A stretch of 64,000 nt of DNA from an uncultured bacterium (GTDB lineage Bacteria > Chloroflexota > UBA5177 > JANWHV01): assembly GCA_963729625.1 (NCBI GenBank), contig CAVSOU010000010.1:32001-96000 (forward strand), read 5' to 3'. The notes under the pieces are model-generated. The model saw nothing but the letters and a program-made list of their open reading frames with translations, had not been told where the DNA came from and made no database searches. The translations under genes were made by a program, and so were the position numbers. Shown here in pieces: positions 29,902 through 39,939 of the stretch (positions within the stretch are counted from its first letter, which is position 1; every line of letters starts with the position of its first letter).

Positions 29902-32841
29902 TCAGCCGAGGGCGGCAACCAACTGTTCAGCCTGTGCGACGTCCCAAGATGCTCCTAGCCGCCGGAATATGGCGAGCGCCGCCGCAAGCTGGTCCCGTGC
30001 CGGATCCTGCTCGCTCCGCTGTACATACAGTAGGCCAAAGGCTTGCAGGAGGCGGCCCTCGGCATAGGGGTACGGCGTAGATCGCGCCAGGTACAGCCCC
30101 TCGGCAAGACTTGTTTCGGACTCACTCCACGCTTGGCGCTCGATTGCGATAAGGGCTTGCACCCGCAGGGCATCCACGAGTGTCGACCGAACCTTTTCCT
30201 CTCTGGCGCGCTTGACGGCTTGCTCGATCACGCGCTGTGCCTCGTCGACCCTGCCAAGATGCAGCATCGCCATGGCCAGGTCCGGCAGCATCCAGGCCGC
30301 GTCTTTGAGCTGCTCCCGCTGTAGCATCGTCTCCACACGCGCCAGGGATGCAGCGGGATCGCCTCGGAGCAGATCGAGCCCCGCCAGCAGCCGCTCCGCC
30401 CACGTTTGGGCTCTGACGTTGCCCGTGCGGATCACATCGGCGATCGCACCGTCGAGACGAACGGATGCCTCATCCCAGTCGCCGCGCACCATTGAGATTT
30501 CCGCGCGCAGGCACGCGGTGAATGGGGTTAGCGCGAGGCCAGGCGCCGTCTCGACTGCACGCTCCAAGTCCCGCTCCGCTTGATCCCAGTTGCCAAGATC
30601 CAAGGCGACGTTCGCGTGTGTCGACAGGGCCCTCGAGATCATCCCCGGGTCGGCAACCTCCTCGGCTATCGCCAGCCACCGCTCGGCGAAATCACTCGCC
30701 GGACCGAGCTCGCCAAGTAACTGATGTACCCCCTCGAGGCCTTCGAGCGTCGGGGCCAACAGGCCGACATTACCCAGCCCTTCGGCGAGCTGCAGCGCCT
30801 CCTGCAAGACGACAAGTGCTTGCTCGGACAAGCCGGCATGGTTGAGGGCATCCGCTTGCTGCAGCAGCGCCTGACCCAACAGGTTCGCATTGTGAGTGCG
30901 CCGCGCCAGCGCCACAGCCTTCTCGGATAGTCTCAGAGCAGGCTTGGCCTGCTCCCGATACTGCAGGAGCGTCGCGAGCCCGATATAGAGGTCGCCCTGC
31001 GCCTCGGCCGAGGCGCAACCCTCAATCAAGGCGACCATGGCTCTGCTTGAGGCGGCGCTCTCCCAGAAGCCATGATCCGTAAGTGCTGTATAGCTACGCC
31101 TATCGTGGTTGATGAGCATCTGCACGGCCTGTTCGAGGGCGGCGATACCGCGCTCCGGGCGGTCGGAATGGGTGAGGAACGACCCGAGCTTCGCGTAGAC
31201 TGCCGCGCCAGCCGTCTGCCGTCCCAGCCCGATCAAGTGATCGGCAAGTTCCCGATAATGGCGCTCCGCCGCCGCACTTGCTCCCTGCGCCAGGGCGTGG
31301 TCGGCTGCCAGCCGCAAGTAGTGCACGGTTTTCTCGACGGCATCACTCCGCGCGTAGTGATACGCCAGAGTCTCCACCCCCGCGGCGCCCGGCATGCGCT
31401 CAAGTATGTCCGCCACGCGCTCGTGGAGTGACGCCTTCCGAGTGGCGGTGAGATCGTGATAGATGGTATCGCGCACGAGATCGTGCGTGAAGCAGTACGA
31501 GCGCGGGCTGGACTCTTCCAGCAGTCGCGATCGGCAGCATTCGTCCAACGCCGCGAGGAGCTCGCTTCGCGGCCGCCTGGTAATTTCGGCCAGCACGGCA
31601 CGATCTGCCACCCGCCCGATCACTGCCGCCTCGCGTAGCACCTCCTGAGTGCCGGGGCGTAGAGCCGCAAGCCGCTGACGCAAGCTCTGTGCCACGTCCC
31701 AGGGGACCCCAGCATCGGCGCCGGTGCAGAGTGCCAAGGCGCAACTGCGTAGGAAGAATGGCACGCCACCTACCCGCCGCAGGATCTGTTCACGCTCCGA
31801 CGCACCGGCGAGCGGCGTGTCCAGCAGCAGCTGGTCAAGGAGCGCTGCCGCATCCCCTGGAGGGAGCGGAGCGAGGAGATGATGCTCGCCCAGATCGGCC
31901 CGCCGCACGTCGACGAGCCAGGTCGTCAGCAGGTGCTCCCCGCCTACCTCCGAATCACGATAGCCACCGATGAGGCGGAGCGGCGATCGGGGTGCCGCCT
32001 GCAGCACCGCCGACAGGAGGTCAAGCGCATCCTGCCCTGTCCACTGTAGATCGTCGAGGAGCAGAAGGGTGCCTGCCGGCCCGGCGACGTTGGCCAGGTA
32101 CTGCGTGACCGCCCGGAACATGAGCCGTCGCTCCTGCTCAGGTGCGAGCTGCCAGTTGGGCAGCGGCTCTATGGGCCCATCTGCCAGCTCCGGCAGCAAC
32201 CGCAACAGCCAGGCACATCCCTGCAGTGACGAGCGCTGTTGAGCAACCGACTGCGGGTGCAGGTCGCGCTCGAGCGCTTGCAGAAGCGGTGTATACGGCT
32301 CTTGCCCGCCACGCCGGCTGCAGCCACCCTCCAGCACGTGCCAGCCCCGCCTCACGGCGAGGACACCGGCCTCCTGCAGCAGGCGCGACTTGCCGATGCC
32401 TGGCTCGCCGGCCAGCATCAGTGCTACCAGCCCATCGCCGGCGAGGCAGCGCTCGATCAGGGACAGTTCCTCAGCCCGCCCAACCAACGGTGGCAGATCT
32501 GCATTGCCCGCATGCACGGTGCTGCCGCCCGCGCCGCTTGGCACTGTCGTGATCGCCTCAATGTGCCTGGACGGCGCGAGCTGCGTAGCGCGCGCCGAGC
32601 TGGCCGCCGGCGGGCGTGCTCTCGCCTCAAAGGCGTCGCGGTCCGGCCCGGCAAGCTCCAGCGCGGCCACCAGGCGTTGCACGGTATAGGCATGCGGCCG
32701 CCGCTTCAGCCCACGCTCCAGATCGCTGATGGCGCGTGCACTCAACCGCGCCCGCTGGGCCAGTTCCTCCTGCGTGAGACCGGCGGCGGTTCGGTGTCGT
32801 TGGAGCAATGCTGCCAGCGTGGAGGACGCCGGTGCGGCCAT
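29902..32841 (-). CDS. XRE-HTH + AAA_16/STAND ATPase + TPR-repeat transcriptional regulator
   Basis: LTQEELAQRARLS...ISDLERG, Walker A GEPGIGKSRL, Walker B LLLLDDLQW, GGVPFF, FTHDLVR, helical repeats. Confidence 0.9.
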   Translation of the reverse strand: MAAPASSTLAALLQRHRTAAGLTQEELAQRARLSARAISDLERGLKRRPHAYTVQRLVAALELAGPDRDAFEARARPPAASSARATQLAPSRHIEAITTVPSGAGGSTVHAGNADLPPLVGRAEELSLIERCLAGDGLVALMLAGEPGIGKSRLLQEAGVLAVRRGWHVLEGGCSRRGGQEPYTPLLQALERDLHPQSVAQQRSSLQGCAWLLRLLPELADGPIEPLPNWQLAPEQERRLMFRAVTQYLANVAGPAGTLLLLDDLQWTGQDALDLLSAVLQAAPRSPLRLIGGYRDSEVGGEHLLTTWLVDVRRADLGEHHLLAPLPPGDAAALLDQLLLDTPLAGASEREQILRRVGGVPFFLRSCALALCTGADAGVPWDVAQSLRQRLAALRPGTQEVLREAAVIGRVADRAVLAEITRRPRSELLAALDECCRSRLLEESSPRSYCFTHDLVRDTIYHDLTATRKASLHERVADILERMPGAAGVETLAYHYARSDAVEKTVHYLRLAADHALAQGASAAAERHYRELADHLIGLGRQTAGAAVYAKLGSFLTHSDRPERGIAALEQAVQMLINHDRRSYTALTDHGFWESAASSRAMVALIEGCASAEAQGDLYIGLATLLQYREQAKPALRLSEKAVALARRTHNANLLGQALLQQADALNHAGLSEQALVVLQEALQLAEGLGNVGLLAPTLEGLEGVHQLLGELGPASDFAERWLAIAEEVADPGMISRALSTHANVALDLGNWDQAERDLERAVETAPGLALTPFTACLRAEISMVRGDWDEASVRLDGAIADVIRTGNVRAQTWAERLLAGLDLLRGDPAASLARVETMLQREQLKDAAWMLPDLAMAMLHLGRVDEAQRVIEQAVKRAREEKVRSTLVDALRVQALIAIERQAWSESETSLAEGLYLARSTPYPYAEGRLLQAFGLLYVQRSEQDPARDQLAAALAIFRRLGASWDVAQAEQLVAALG

Positions 32842-32975
32842 ACCAGTCCCTCGCCCATACGTGCAGGCCATGAAATGCACAGGCCGTTCAAGCGCGGCTA
32901 CTAGCTAGCGTAGCACGCTGCTGCATTACAGCCCTCCGCACGAGCTGGTTCCGCCATACGCACTGCCAACGACTG

Positions 32976-33024
32976 GAAACCTGCCACACAAACGCCCACA
33001 CGATGCAAACGTGTGGCAGGTTTC
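32976..33024. promoter_or_regulatory. Perfect 14-bp inverted repeat with 21-bp spacer in the divergent promoter region
   Basis: GAAACCTGCCACAC-N21-GTGTGGCAGGTTTC. Confidence 0.55.
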
Positions 33025-33110
33025 GTGGATTGGACGGTGGCGGTGCAGCAGAGTTGCATCAGGTGTTTTCATGGCGTGCGCGCTCCTGCAAAGAAGGAGG
33101 TCAAGCGAAG

Positions 33111-34415
33111 ATGGTTTCGCGTAGCTCCCGTTTGCTCACGTCACTCGTGCTCTGGATCTGCGTTGTCCCTCGCAGCGCTCATCCTCTTGCCGCTGGCCCC
33201 TTCACATCGCCCACCCCACCAGCCATCCCGCAGGTCCGCGCGTCGATGACGCTCCCGCAGACTGCGCCATCGACCGACTGGCCCGACCGGCACCAAGACC
33301 TGCGTTTGCCGTCCGGCACACACGACGTGGACTATGGACTCCTCCCGCCGCAGACGATCCTTGGCGAGACGACACATTTCCCGTCACGGGTGGACCTTAG
33401 CCGCTACGCGCCCCCGGTGGGCGACCAGGGCTGGGTGAGCGACTGCGTGGCCTGGGCCACGATCTACACACTGGCTGGGTGGTACATCAACGAGCAGCAC
33501 GCCACCGTTGGCTACCTGGCACCGCTCTTCACCTACAGCCAGATCAACGGCCACCAGGACGAAGGCACCTGGGAGTCGCCCGTGCTCGCGGCGGTCCAGC
33601 ACGGCATGCTGCCGCTGGCCGACTATCCCCAGGGCAACTATGCCTGGCGCAGCCAGCCGACCGCCAGACAGCGCGCCTTGGCCCGGCATGTGACTCTCAC
33701 CGGAATCACCTACTACCCTGGTCAGGCACCACAGATCGGCGATCCACACGAGTGGGATACCAACCCAAATGCTGTGCGCAGCACCATCGAGACGGTCCTG
33801 GCCGCCGGCCACCCCGCACTGATCGGCCTCGCCGTCTACCCCAACCTCTACAACGCGACCGCCACGACCGCCTGGATCGCCCCCGTGGCGGCCGATGCTG
33901 CCGGCTCATTGGGGGGCCACGAACTTGTCGTGATGGGGTACGACAACGCCGGTGCCTGGGTCGAGAACTCCTGGGGCACCTCCTGGGGTTTGCATGGCTA
34001 CGCCGAAATATCCTGGCCCTATTTGGAGGCCGCGGTCAGCAGCATCATCTCCGTGGCCGCACTCCTCGTCACTGCCGCCCCTCCCACCATTCGCAGGCCT
34101 GCCACACCCACGATTACTGCTACCGTACTGCGCGACGGTGCGCCGCAGCCACGCACGGCTAGCCTGGTCGGCGGCGAGGAGGTCGTCTGGGCCGGCGCCG
34201 GCTTCAGGCCTAACGAAGCAGTCTCCCTGCACTGGGACGGCACCGACCACGGATACGTCACTGCCCTCCCGGACGGCACCTGGAGCCTGGAGTGGTACGA
34301 CCACCAGCAGCGTGCCGTCAGCGCACACAACATCCGGCCTGCCCCTGGCACGTACGTCCTTCGAGCCTGTGACGCGCGCGGCCCCTGCGCCAGCGTGGCG
34401 CTCAGGGCTGCGTGA
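33111..34415 (+). CDS. Secreted papain-like (C1) cysteine peptidase
   Basis: DQGWVSDCVAWA (Cys), GGHELVVMGYD (His), ENSWGTSWG (Asn), signal peptide, AGGAGG SD. Confidence 0.9.
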   Translation: MVSRSSRLLTSLVLWICVVPRSAHPLAAGPFTSPTPPAIPQVRASMTLPQTAPSTDWPDRHQDLRLPSGTHDVDYGLLPPQTILGETTHFPSRVDLSRYAPPVGDQGWVSDCVAWATIYTLAGWYINEQHATVGYLAPLFTYSQINGHQDEGTWESPVLAAVQHGMLPLADYPQGNYAWRSQPTARQRALARHVTLTGITYYPGQAPQIGDPHEWDTNPNAVRSTIETVLAAGHPALIGLAVYPNLYNATATTAWIAPVAADAAGSLGGHELVVMGYDNAGAWVENSWGTSWGLHGYAEISWPYLEAAVSSIISVAALLVTAAPPTIRRPATPTITATVLRDGAPQPRTASLVGGEEVVWAGAGFRPNEAVSLHWDGTDHGYVTALPDGTWSLEWYDHQQRAVSAHNIRPAPGTYVLRACDARGPCASVALRAA

Positions 34416-34746
34416 CTGCAGCGACGTGCTCTGTCCCGCCTAGCAACTCGGCACATATCAGTGGTTGAGCGGCCCGGTTCCCGCAGCAACAGGTTACGTC
34501 CCGCGCACCGCTGTGTCCACCCAGGTGCCAGCCAGCAAGTTGTAGGCACCGGCTCACTGCAGTGGAAGAACGGCGTGCTGGAGCCCAAGGAGCAAAAGAG
34601 CGGCCGAGACCGTTTCGTCAAAGGGCGAAATCTGGCCTCCGCAGAATGGGGTATTCTCGGCTACGGTAACAAAACCAAGCGCGCCCGTTATGACACGATA
34701 TGCGCGCAAGAGGAACGAAACGGGAGGATAGGGCCTGATTGAGTTC

Positions 34747-34766
34747 TGTTACGCATTCTGTTACAC
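34747..34766 (+). repeat. Integrase arm-like site, copy 2
   Basis: TGTTACGCATTCTGTTACAC. Confidence 0.7.
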
Positions 34767-34839
34767 GAACGGGGAGATATATGATTATAGGCGAATTAGG
34801 CGCGATATAGTGCATTTATCGTATGATAAGCAAGCTGAG

Positions 34840-34884
34840 CAATTGATTAAGAGTCAATTGCTCAGCCAATTGAGCTAGCGGCCC
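34840..34884 (-). pseudogene. 5' half of a second tRNA-Lys(CTT), truncated after the anticodon arm
   Basis: Minus strand GGGCCGCTAGCTCAATTGGCTGAGCAATTGACTCTTAATCAATTG, then no T arm or acceptor 3' strand. Upstream promoter TTGACG-18-TACCTT. Confidence 0.85.
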
Positions 34885-34948
34885 GCTTCACAAGGTACAT
34901 GGCGGCTGCACGGGGCGTCAAGACGGCCGAAACGGGCCGCTTTCCTTC

Positions 34949-36379
34949 TCAACCCGCTGTCAGCACCGCGCGCAAGGCCTCGACTACCGCCGTGTCCTGC
35001 GCGGGCAGGACAGTGCGTGGATCCAGCAGCACCGCGCCTTCGTCGACGCGCGTGAGTATCGGTGTCTGTGCGTGGCGCAGCTCAGTCATAATATGGGACG
35101 CCCAACCACGTGCCGTGCTGGCGGCGCGCAGGCTAAGCACACAAGTAGGTAACGTCTCGCCGAGGGAAACATTGCCGTTTAGTGAGGACAGGCCCGGCTG
35201 CACGCTGGCTTTGCACCCCGCTATGTTGTGGATCATGCTCAGCCAGGCAATCGCGCGCGCCTCAATGTCCGCTCGCGACGTCGCGATCATGCGCCAGATC
35301 GGAATCCTGTCCACCGCCTCGCCTCGGAGGTAGTGCAGAACCGTGGCGTGAAGGGCAGCGAGCGTTGTCTTGTCCACCCGCAGCGTGCGCATCAATGGGT
35401 GCCGGCGGGCGCGCGCGATGAAGTCGGCGCCTCCCACGACTATGCCGCTCTGCGGTCCACCCAGCAACTTGTCACCTGAGAAGCATACGACGTCTGCACC
35501 CGAGACTATACTGTCTTGCACCGTGGGCTCTCGGGCAAGACCGAAGGTGGTCACGTCGAGTATGCAACCGGATCCGATGTCGTCGATTACTGGGATGCCG
35601 TGGCGATGTCCGAGCGCCACCAGATCGGCAAGCGACACGGATTCGATGAAGCTCGAGTTGCGCAGCGTTGCCGAATTGATATTGAGGAGCACCGCTGTCT
35701 TGGGTGTGATCGCTTCGGCGTAGTCTCCGATACGCGTTCTGTTGGTTGTACCGACCTCGATCAGCTTCGCACCGCTCGTGCCGAGAATCGTTGAGATACG
35801 GAAGCCCCCACTGGTCTCCATTGCCTGACCGTGTGCGACAATCACATCGCGGCCACGAGCCAGCGCTGCGAGCATGAGCATGATCCCCGCGGCGTTTGTG
35901 TTTGTCACAAAGCCGTCGTCGGCCGTTGTGAGTTGGCTGAGCAATGGCGCCAGGAGAGTGTTTCGCGCGCTTCTCATGCCGCGATCGACGTCGAACTCGA
36001 TCGCGCTGTAGCCGCTCGCGACTCCGCTTATTGCTTCTATAGCCTCCTCGCTCAGCGGAGCCCGGCCGAGGTGGGGGTGGATGAGCACTCCAGTCGCGTT
36101 GACGACAGGTCCTGGGCTCAAGGAGAAACGCCTCTGCGCTTCGATCGACACCGACTTTGCGATCGCGCCGCTCGTCACATCCATGCCAGGCATTGAGCGA
36201 TGGCGCAGGTCGTCCAGACGTTCTCGCACGAGGCGTGCTACAGCGCTTTGCCCGTAGGCAGAGACGGCCTCCGCGAGTACGGCCTCTCTCAGCACAACGT
36301 CAGGCGACGGTAAGGTTCGTCTCCAATCCCCCGCCAGGCCGTGCCGAGCGCCTATCTCAGGTGGACGAGGAGGAGCGAT
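34949..36379 (-). CDS. selA: L-seryl-tRNA(Sec) selenium transferase
   Basis: VVNATGVLIH.HLGRAPL, EVGTTNRT, FSGDKLLGGPQSG (PLP Lys). Start uncertain: GTG 36295 or ATC 36379. Confidence 0.93.
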   Translation of the reverse strand: MAPPRPPEIGARHGLAGDWRRTLPSPDVVLREAVLAEAVSAYGQSAVARLVRERLDDLRHRSMPGMDVTSGAIAKSVSIEAQRRFSLSPGPVVNATGVLIHPHLGRAPLSEEAIEAISGVASGYSAIEFDVDRGMRSARNTLLAPLLSQLTTADDGFVTNTNAAGIMLMLAALARGRDVIVAHGQAMETSGGFRISTILGTSGAKLIEVGTTNRTRIGDYAEAITPKTAVLLNINSATLRNSSFIESVSLADLVALGHRHGIPVIDDIGSGCILDVTTFGLAREPTVQDSIVSGADVVCFSGDKLLGGPQSGIVVGGADFIARARRHPLMRTLRVDKTTLAALHATVLHYLRGEAVDRIPIWRMIATSRADIEARAIAWLSMIHNIAGCKASVQPGLSSLNGNVSLGETLPTCVLSLRAASTARGWASHIMTELRHAQTPILTRVDEGAVLLDPRTVLPAQDTAVVEALRAVLTAG

Positions 36380-36391
36380 GGTGAACTCCTG

Positions 36392-36688
36392 CTAGATGAT
36401 GAACGACAGCACGATCATGATCACGAACAAGGAAGCAGCCAGGGTCGCTGTACGAAGTAAGTCTCCTCGCAGGTAGCTGTAGTCGATGGCAGGCAGACGC
36501 GACGTCAGCACGGCGTTTCCAGCGGATGTTCCGCGCAGCCTGCCGGCAAATCCACTGGTGGTCTGCGCGGTCGTCGGCGCTTCGTCAGCCAGCGGAAGAT
36601 ATTCTCGCCCCGTTGTTTCCCGTTTTCGCTGCTCACGGCGCGCGTGGGCTGCCGCGTAGCGCGATGACATGTCAGATCTCTTGGTCAC
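36392..36688 (-). CDS. Small membrane protein
   Basis: DYSYLRGDL followed by a C-terminal TM, directly upstream of selA. Confidence 0.65.
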   Translation of the reverse strand: MTKRSDMSSRYAAAHARREQRKRETTGREYLPLADEAPTTAQTTSGFAGRLRGTSAGNAVLTSRLPAIDYSYLRGDLLRTATLAASLFVIMIVLSFII

Positions 36689-36855
36689 AGTTCGGCGCTC
36701 CTTGCGCTTCCAACACCCAGTCGACGCTCACGTCGTGCGCAACCAGGCAACTTGACGTCATTGGCCAGGCAAATGCTCCTGGTATGGTACCCGCGTGTCC
36801 GACGCGCTGCAACCGTATGTCGCACGAGATATGTGCGGTGAATCGCCGTAGTTCA

Positions 36856-37638
36856 TCACGCCAGCGCCGACGCGATGCAGATAAGCCTTTCGCTGTCGTC
36901 TTCGTATTGCGCAGCGTCATAGTCGCCGTACAGGTTTCGAATGCTGAAACCAGCCCTGTGCAACAAGTGCTCGAGCTCATAGCGATACGTGAGGCGTAGC
37001 TGCACTTCGGCGATCGATCGCAGGAGGGTCCCGCTGTCGCTAAGCTCGTCGAAGAATAGGGTCGTGTGTGTGAGCTGCTCCGACGGGGAAAGCACCGTGG
37101 TGCACCATAGTGTGACGGTGGCCGTCGGTTCCACAGGCAGCTTGCGGGTGAAGCGATGTTGCACTACTCCAATCGGCGTGTCACGCACTACGGCGTGTGG
37201 ATTGGCGAGGTCAAGCAGGAGCAGGCCGGCTGGGCGCAGGTGTCTATGCGCGCATTCGAGAGTCCGGAGCTGGTCCTTGATTGTGAGCAAGTGCATGAAC
37301 GTGTTCAGGCCGATCAGGACCAGATCGAATTGCTGGGGCAGGTCGAAGTCGCGCATGTCTCCCTCGACCAGGTTGACGCGGCCACCGTAGAAACCAAGTC
37401 GCCGTCTGGCGACGGACACCATTGCTGGTTCCCGGTCGAGTCCAACCACGCTGGCGCCCGCGTCGAGGAGAGGCAGTAACAGGCGCCCGGTACCGGAACC
37501 GAGTTCCAGCACCCTGGGTGAATCGCCCAGCATGCCAACGAACTCCTGCAAGAACCGTGTGTCATCCGAGAATTCGGCATGCATTATGTCGTAGAGATCG
37601 GGGCGCGCCGCGTACAGCTCGTGGGAGCCACTGTCCAT
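36856..37638 (-). CDS. Class I SAM-dependent methyltransferase
   Basis: VLELGSGTGR, GDMRDF, HLRPAG. Confidence 0.9.
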   Translation of the reverse strand: MDSGSHELYAARPDLYDIMHAEFSDDTRFLQEFVGMLGDSPRVLELGSGTGRLLLPLLDAGASVVGLDREPAMVSVARRRLGFYGGRVNLVEGDMRDFDLPQQFDLVLIGLNTFMHLLTIKDQLRTLECAHRHLRPAGLLLLDLANPHAVVRDTPIGVVQHRFTRKLPVEPTATVTLWCTTVLSPSEQLTHTTLFFDELSDSGTLLRSIAEVQLRLTYRYELEHLLHRAGFSIRNLYGDYDAAQYEDDSERLICIASALA

Positions 37639-38034
37639 GTCGACCCCTTTCCCGAATCCGCGACGTGCGCGCACGAGGTGTGACCGCTCCATGTATGAGC
37701 ACGTGAGTAAGATACCGTCCTTGCGAGTAGCCCCGTTCTTCCCGTAGCCTAGAAGTGACCGCGCTGCACGACGATGCCGCCGTGTTGCCCGATTGCAAGC
37801 GCACCCGCGGTGCCGCGCGAGACGCGCACGCACCAAGGTACGTCGATCCGTGGGCGAACGCACGCCGCGTCAGGGCGTCTATCGATCTCGCCGCGTGGCA
37901 GTATAATGGCCGGCCGACGGCTTGGCAACGGATCAGACGACGATTCCAGACGCACTGTCAAGCCCAGCCTCTGCACCAGGTGGCAGAACAGACGTCTGGT
38001 GACAGAATATGAATACGAGAATCAGGAGAGCAAC

Positions 38035-38694
38035 ATGCTTTACGACTTTCACTGCCATACGTACCTCAGCGACGGCGAGTTGTCGCCGGTCGAGTTGATT
38101 CGCACAGCATGTGTCAATGGCTATACGGCAATGGCCATCACCGACCACGCGGGAATCGGCTTCCTGGAAGATCGCTTCCGAGAGTTGCGCCGGGACATTC
38201 AGCTAGCCATGAAATACTGGCCAGTCGAGGTGTTTCTCGGAGTGGAACTCACGCACCTGCCGCCCGAGGCGATTGTTGAAGCAGCGCGTTCTGCCCGAGC
38301 CGCCGGCGCCCAGATCGTGGCCGTCCACGGTGAAACAATGGTAGAGCCTGTGCCGGCCGGCACGAACCTCGCCGCCCTGCGATGCGCTGAAGTAGACATC
38401 CTTGCGCACCCGGGGCTGCTCACCGAGGAGGAGGCCGTACTGGCTAGCACGCGCGACGTATTCGTGGAGATCTCGGCTCGTCGCGGGCACTCCTTAAGCA
38501 ATGGTCGAGTCGCCCAGCTCTGCCTGGCGGCCGGTGCTCGCCTGATCGTCGACTCGGATGGTCACGGCCCGGACGACCTTCTTACGGAAGCGAAGGCACG
38601 ATCGATCGCCCTTGGAGCAGGTGTGCCGGAAGCCTACTTGCAGGGCATCCTGGTCGAGCATCCGCAATACCTTGCGGCGCGAATTCGCCGATGA
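38035..38694 (+). CDS. PHP-domain phosphoesterase (histidinol phosphatase-like)
   Basis: DFHCHT..SDG, AITDH, GVELTH, LAHPG, DSDGH. AGGAG SD. Confidence 0.88.
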   Translation: MLYDFHCHTYLSDGELSPVELIRTACVNGYTAMAITDHAGIGFLEDRFRELRRDIQLAMKYWPVEVFLGVELTHLPPEAIVEAARSARAAGAQIVAVHGETMVEPVPAGTNLAALRCAEVDILAHPGLLTEEEAVLASTRDVFVEISARRGHSLSNGRVAQLCLAAGARLIVDSDGHGPDDLLTEAKARSIALGAGVPEAYLQGILVEHPQYLAARIRR

Positions 38695-39554
38695 GCGGCG
38701 GAGTGGTCCGGAGACCGTTTGTCGAATCCCTCGGCTCAGCGGCGGCATCGAGCGGCAGCTGCCTCTGCATCGGGCTCGATCCCGAGCCCGACCAACTGCC
38801 CAAGCATCTCGCCGGCGCGGCCGGTTTGGCGGCGTTTTGCCGCCAGATCGTGGAGGCGACTTCAGACCTGGTATGCGCCTACAAACCGAATGTCGCGTTC
38901 TTCGAGCGATTCGGGTCTCCGGGGTGGAAAGCGCTGGAGGCGGTGGTCGAGGCCGTGCCCGCGCACATCCCGGTAATAGTTGATGCCAAACGTAGCGATA
39001 TCGGCAACACGAGCAAGGCATATGCGGAGGCGATCTTTGACCACCTTGGCGCTGCCGCGTGCACGGTGAGTCCCTATCTTGGTCTGGATGCTGTCGAGCC
39101 GTTTCTCGAGCATCCTCGCGGGTTTGTCTTTGTACTCTGCCGGACCTCCAACCCAGGCGCGGCAGTCCTGCAGGACGCTATCGTCGATGGCGAGCCTCTC
39201 TACGCGCGGGTGGTGCGGCTGTTTCAGCCGGCAATCGAGGCGGGGAAAGCGGGACTTGTCGTGGGCGCACGTGAGCGGCAGGCCTTTGCCTGGGCAGCAC
39301 GGCTGGCGCCCGGTGCCACGCTTCTCGTGCCAGGTACCGGCGCACAGGGAGGCACATCGGGGGAACTGGGGCAGTCTCTCGACGAGGTGCAGCGGAGGCA
39401 CGTTGTGGTCAATGTGAGCCGCGCGATCATTCACGCATCTCAGGCAGGGGATTTTGCCCGGGTCGCGCGCTTTCGAGCGACTGAATTCAGAGACCAGCTT
39501 CGCATTGCCTTGGGTCTCCGACAGGCCAGCACAGATGCCACAGCCTCCAGTTGA
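38691..39554 (+). CDS. pyrF: Orotidine 5'-phosphate decarboxylase
   Basis: CIGLDP, AYKPN.AFFE, DAKRSDIGNT, RTSNPG, PGTGAQGG. Confidence 0.95.
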   Translation: MSGGVVRRPFVESLGSAAASSGSCLCIGLDPEPDQLPKHLAGAAGLAAFCRQIVEATSDLVCAYKPNVAFFERFGSPGWKALEAVVEAVPAHIPVIVDAKRSDIGNTSKAYAEAIFDHLGAAACTVSPYLGLDAVEPFLEHPRGFVFVLCRTSNPGAAVLQDAIVDGEPLYARVVRLFQPAIEAGKAGLVVGARERQAFAWAARLAPGATLLVPGTGAQGGTSGELGQSLDEVQRRHVVVNVSRAIIHASQAGDFARVARFRATEFRDQLRIALGLRQASTDATASS

Positions 39555-39780
39555 CTTCCGGATCGGCGATCTGCTCAGGCTTCGGAAGCCCCATCCGTGC
39601 GGAGGCTACGAGTGGCGCGTGTATCGGCTAGGCGCTGACATCGGCATTCGCTGCGTGACCTGCGATCGCCACGTGATGATTGAGCGACGCGTGCTCGAGA
39701 AGCGCGTGAAGAAGACGTTGGAGCGGGGACAACCGACGCCGCTTCCTGGCGAGGGTATCAAATCGCTGCGCATCGAGTGA
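39535..39780 (+). CDS. DUF951 family protein
   Basis: RKPHPCGG.EW...RLGADI.I.C..CDR. Confidence 0.88.
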   Translation: MPQPPVDFRIGDLLRLRKPHPCGGYEWRVYRLGADIGIRCVTCDRHVMIERRVLEKRVKKTLERGQPTPLPGEGIKSLRIE

Positions 39781-39939
39781 AAGTCTCGGCGACGCAACGC
39801 CACCAATGAACTCCCATAGCGCTCGAAAGAACGGGACTCCTACCAGAAGCAAGCTTGCTCCGAACCCGCACGAGATACGCGCGCGGCTGCATCCCGAGAG
39901 CGTGCCGGCCCTGAACTGAATCCGCGGACGGGCTGTGGC

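Noticed and set aside
34840-34884. tRNA-like sequence after selA as selC (tRNA-Sec)
   Set aside because: The anticodon is CTT, not TCA, and the D arm is of ordinary Lys type.
37902-38030. PyrR-type or riboswitch leader ahead of PHP-pyrF
   Set aside because: A TATAAT and a hairpin are present, but the PyrR loop consensus and a terminator are not.
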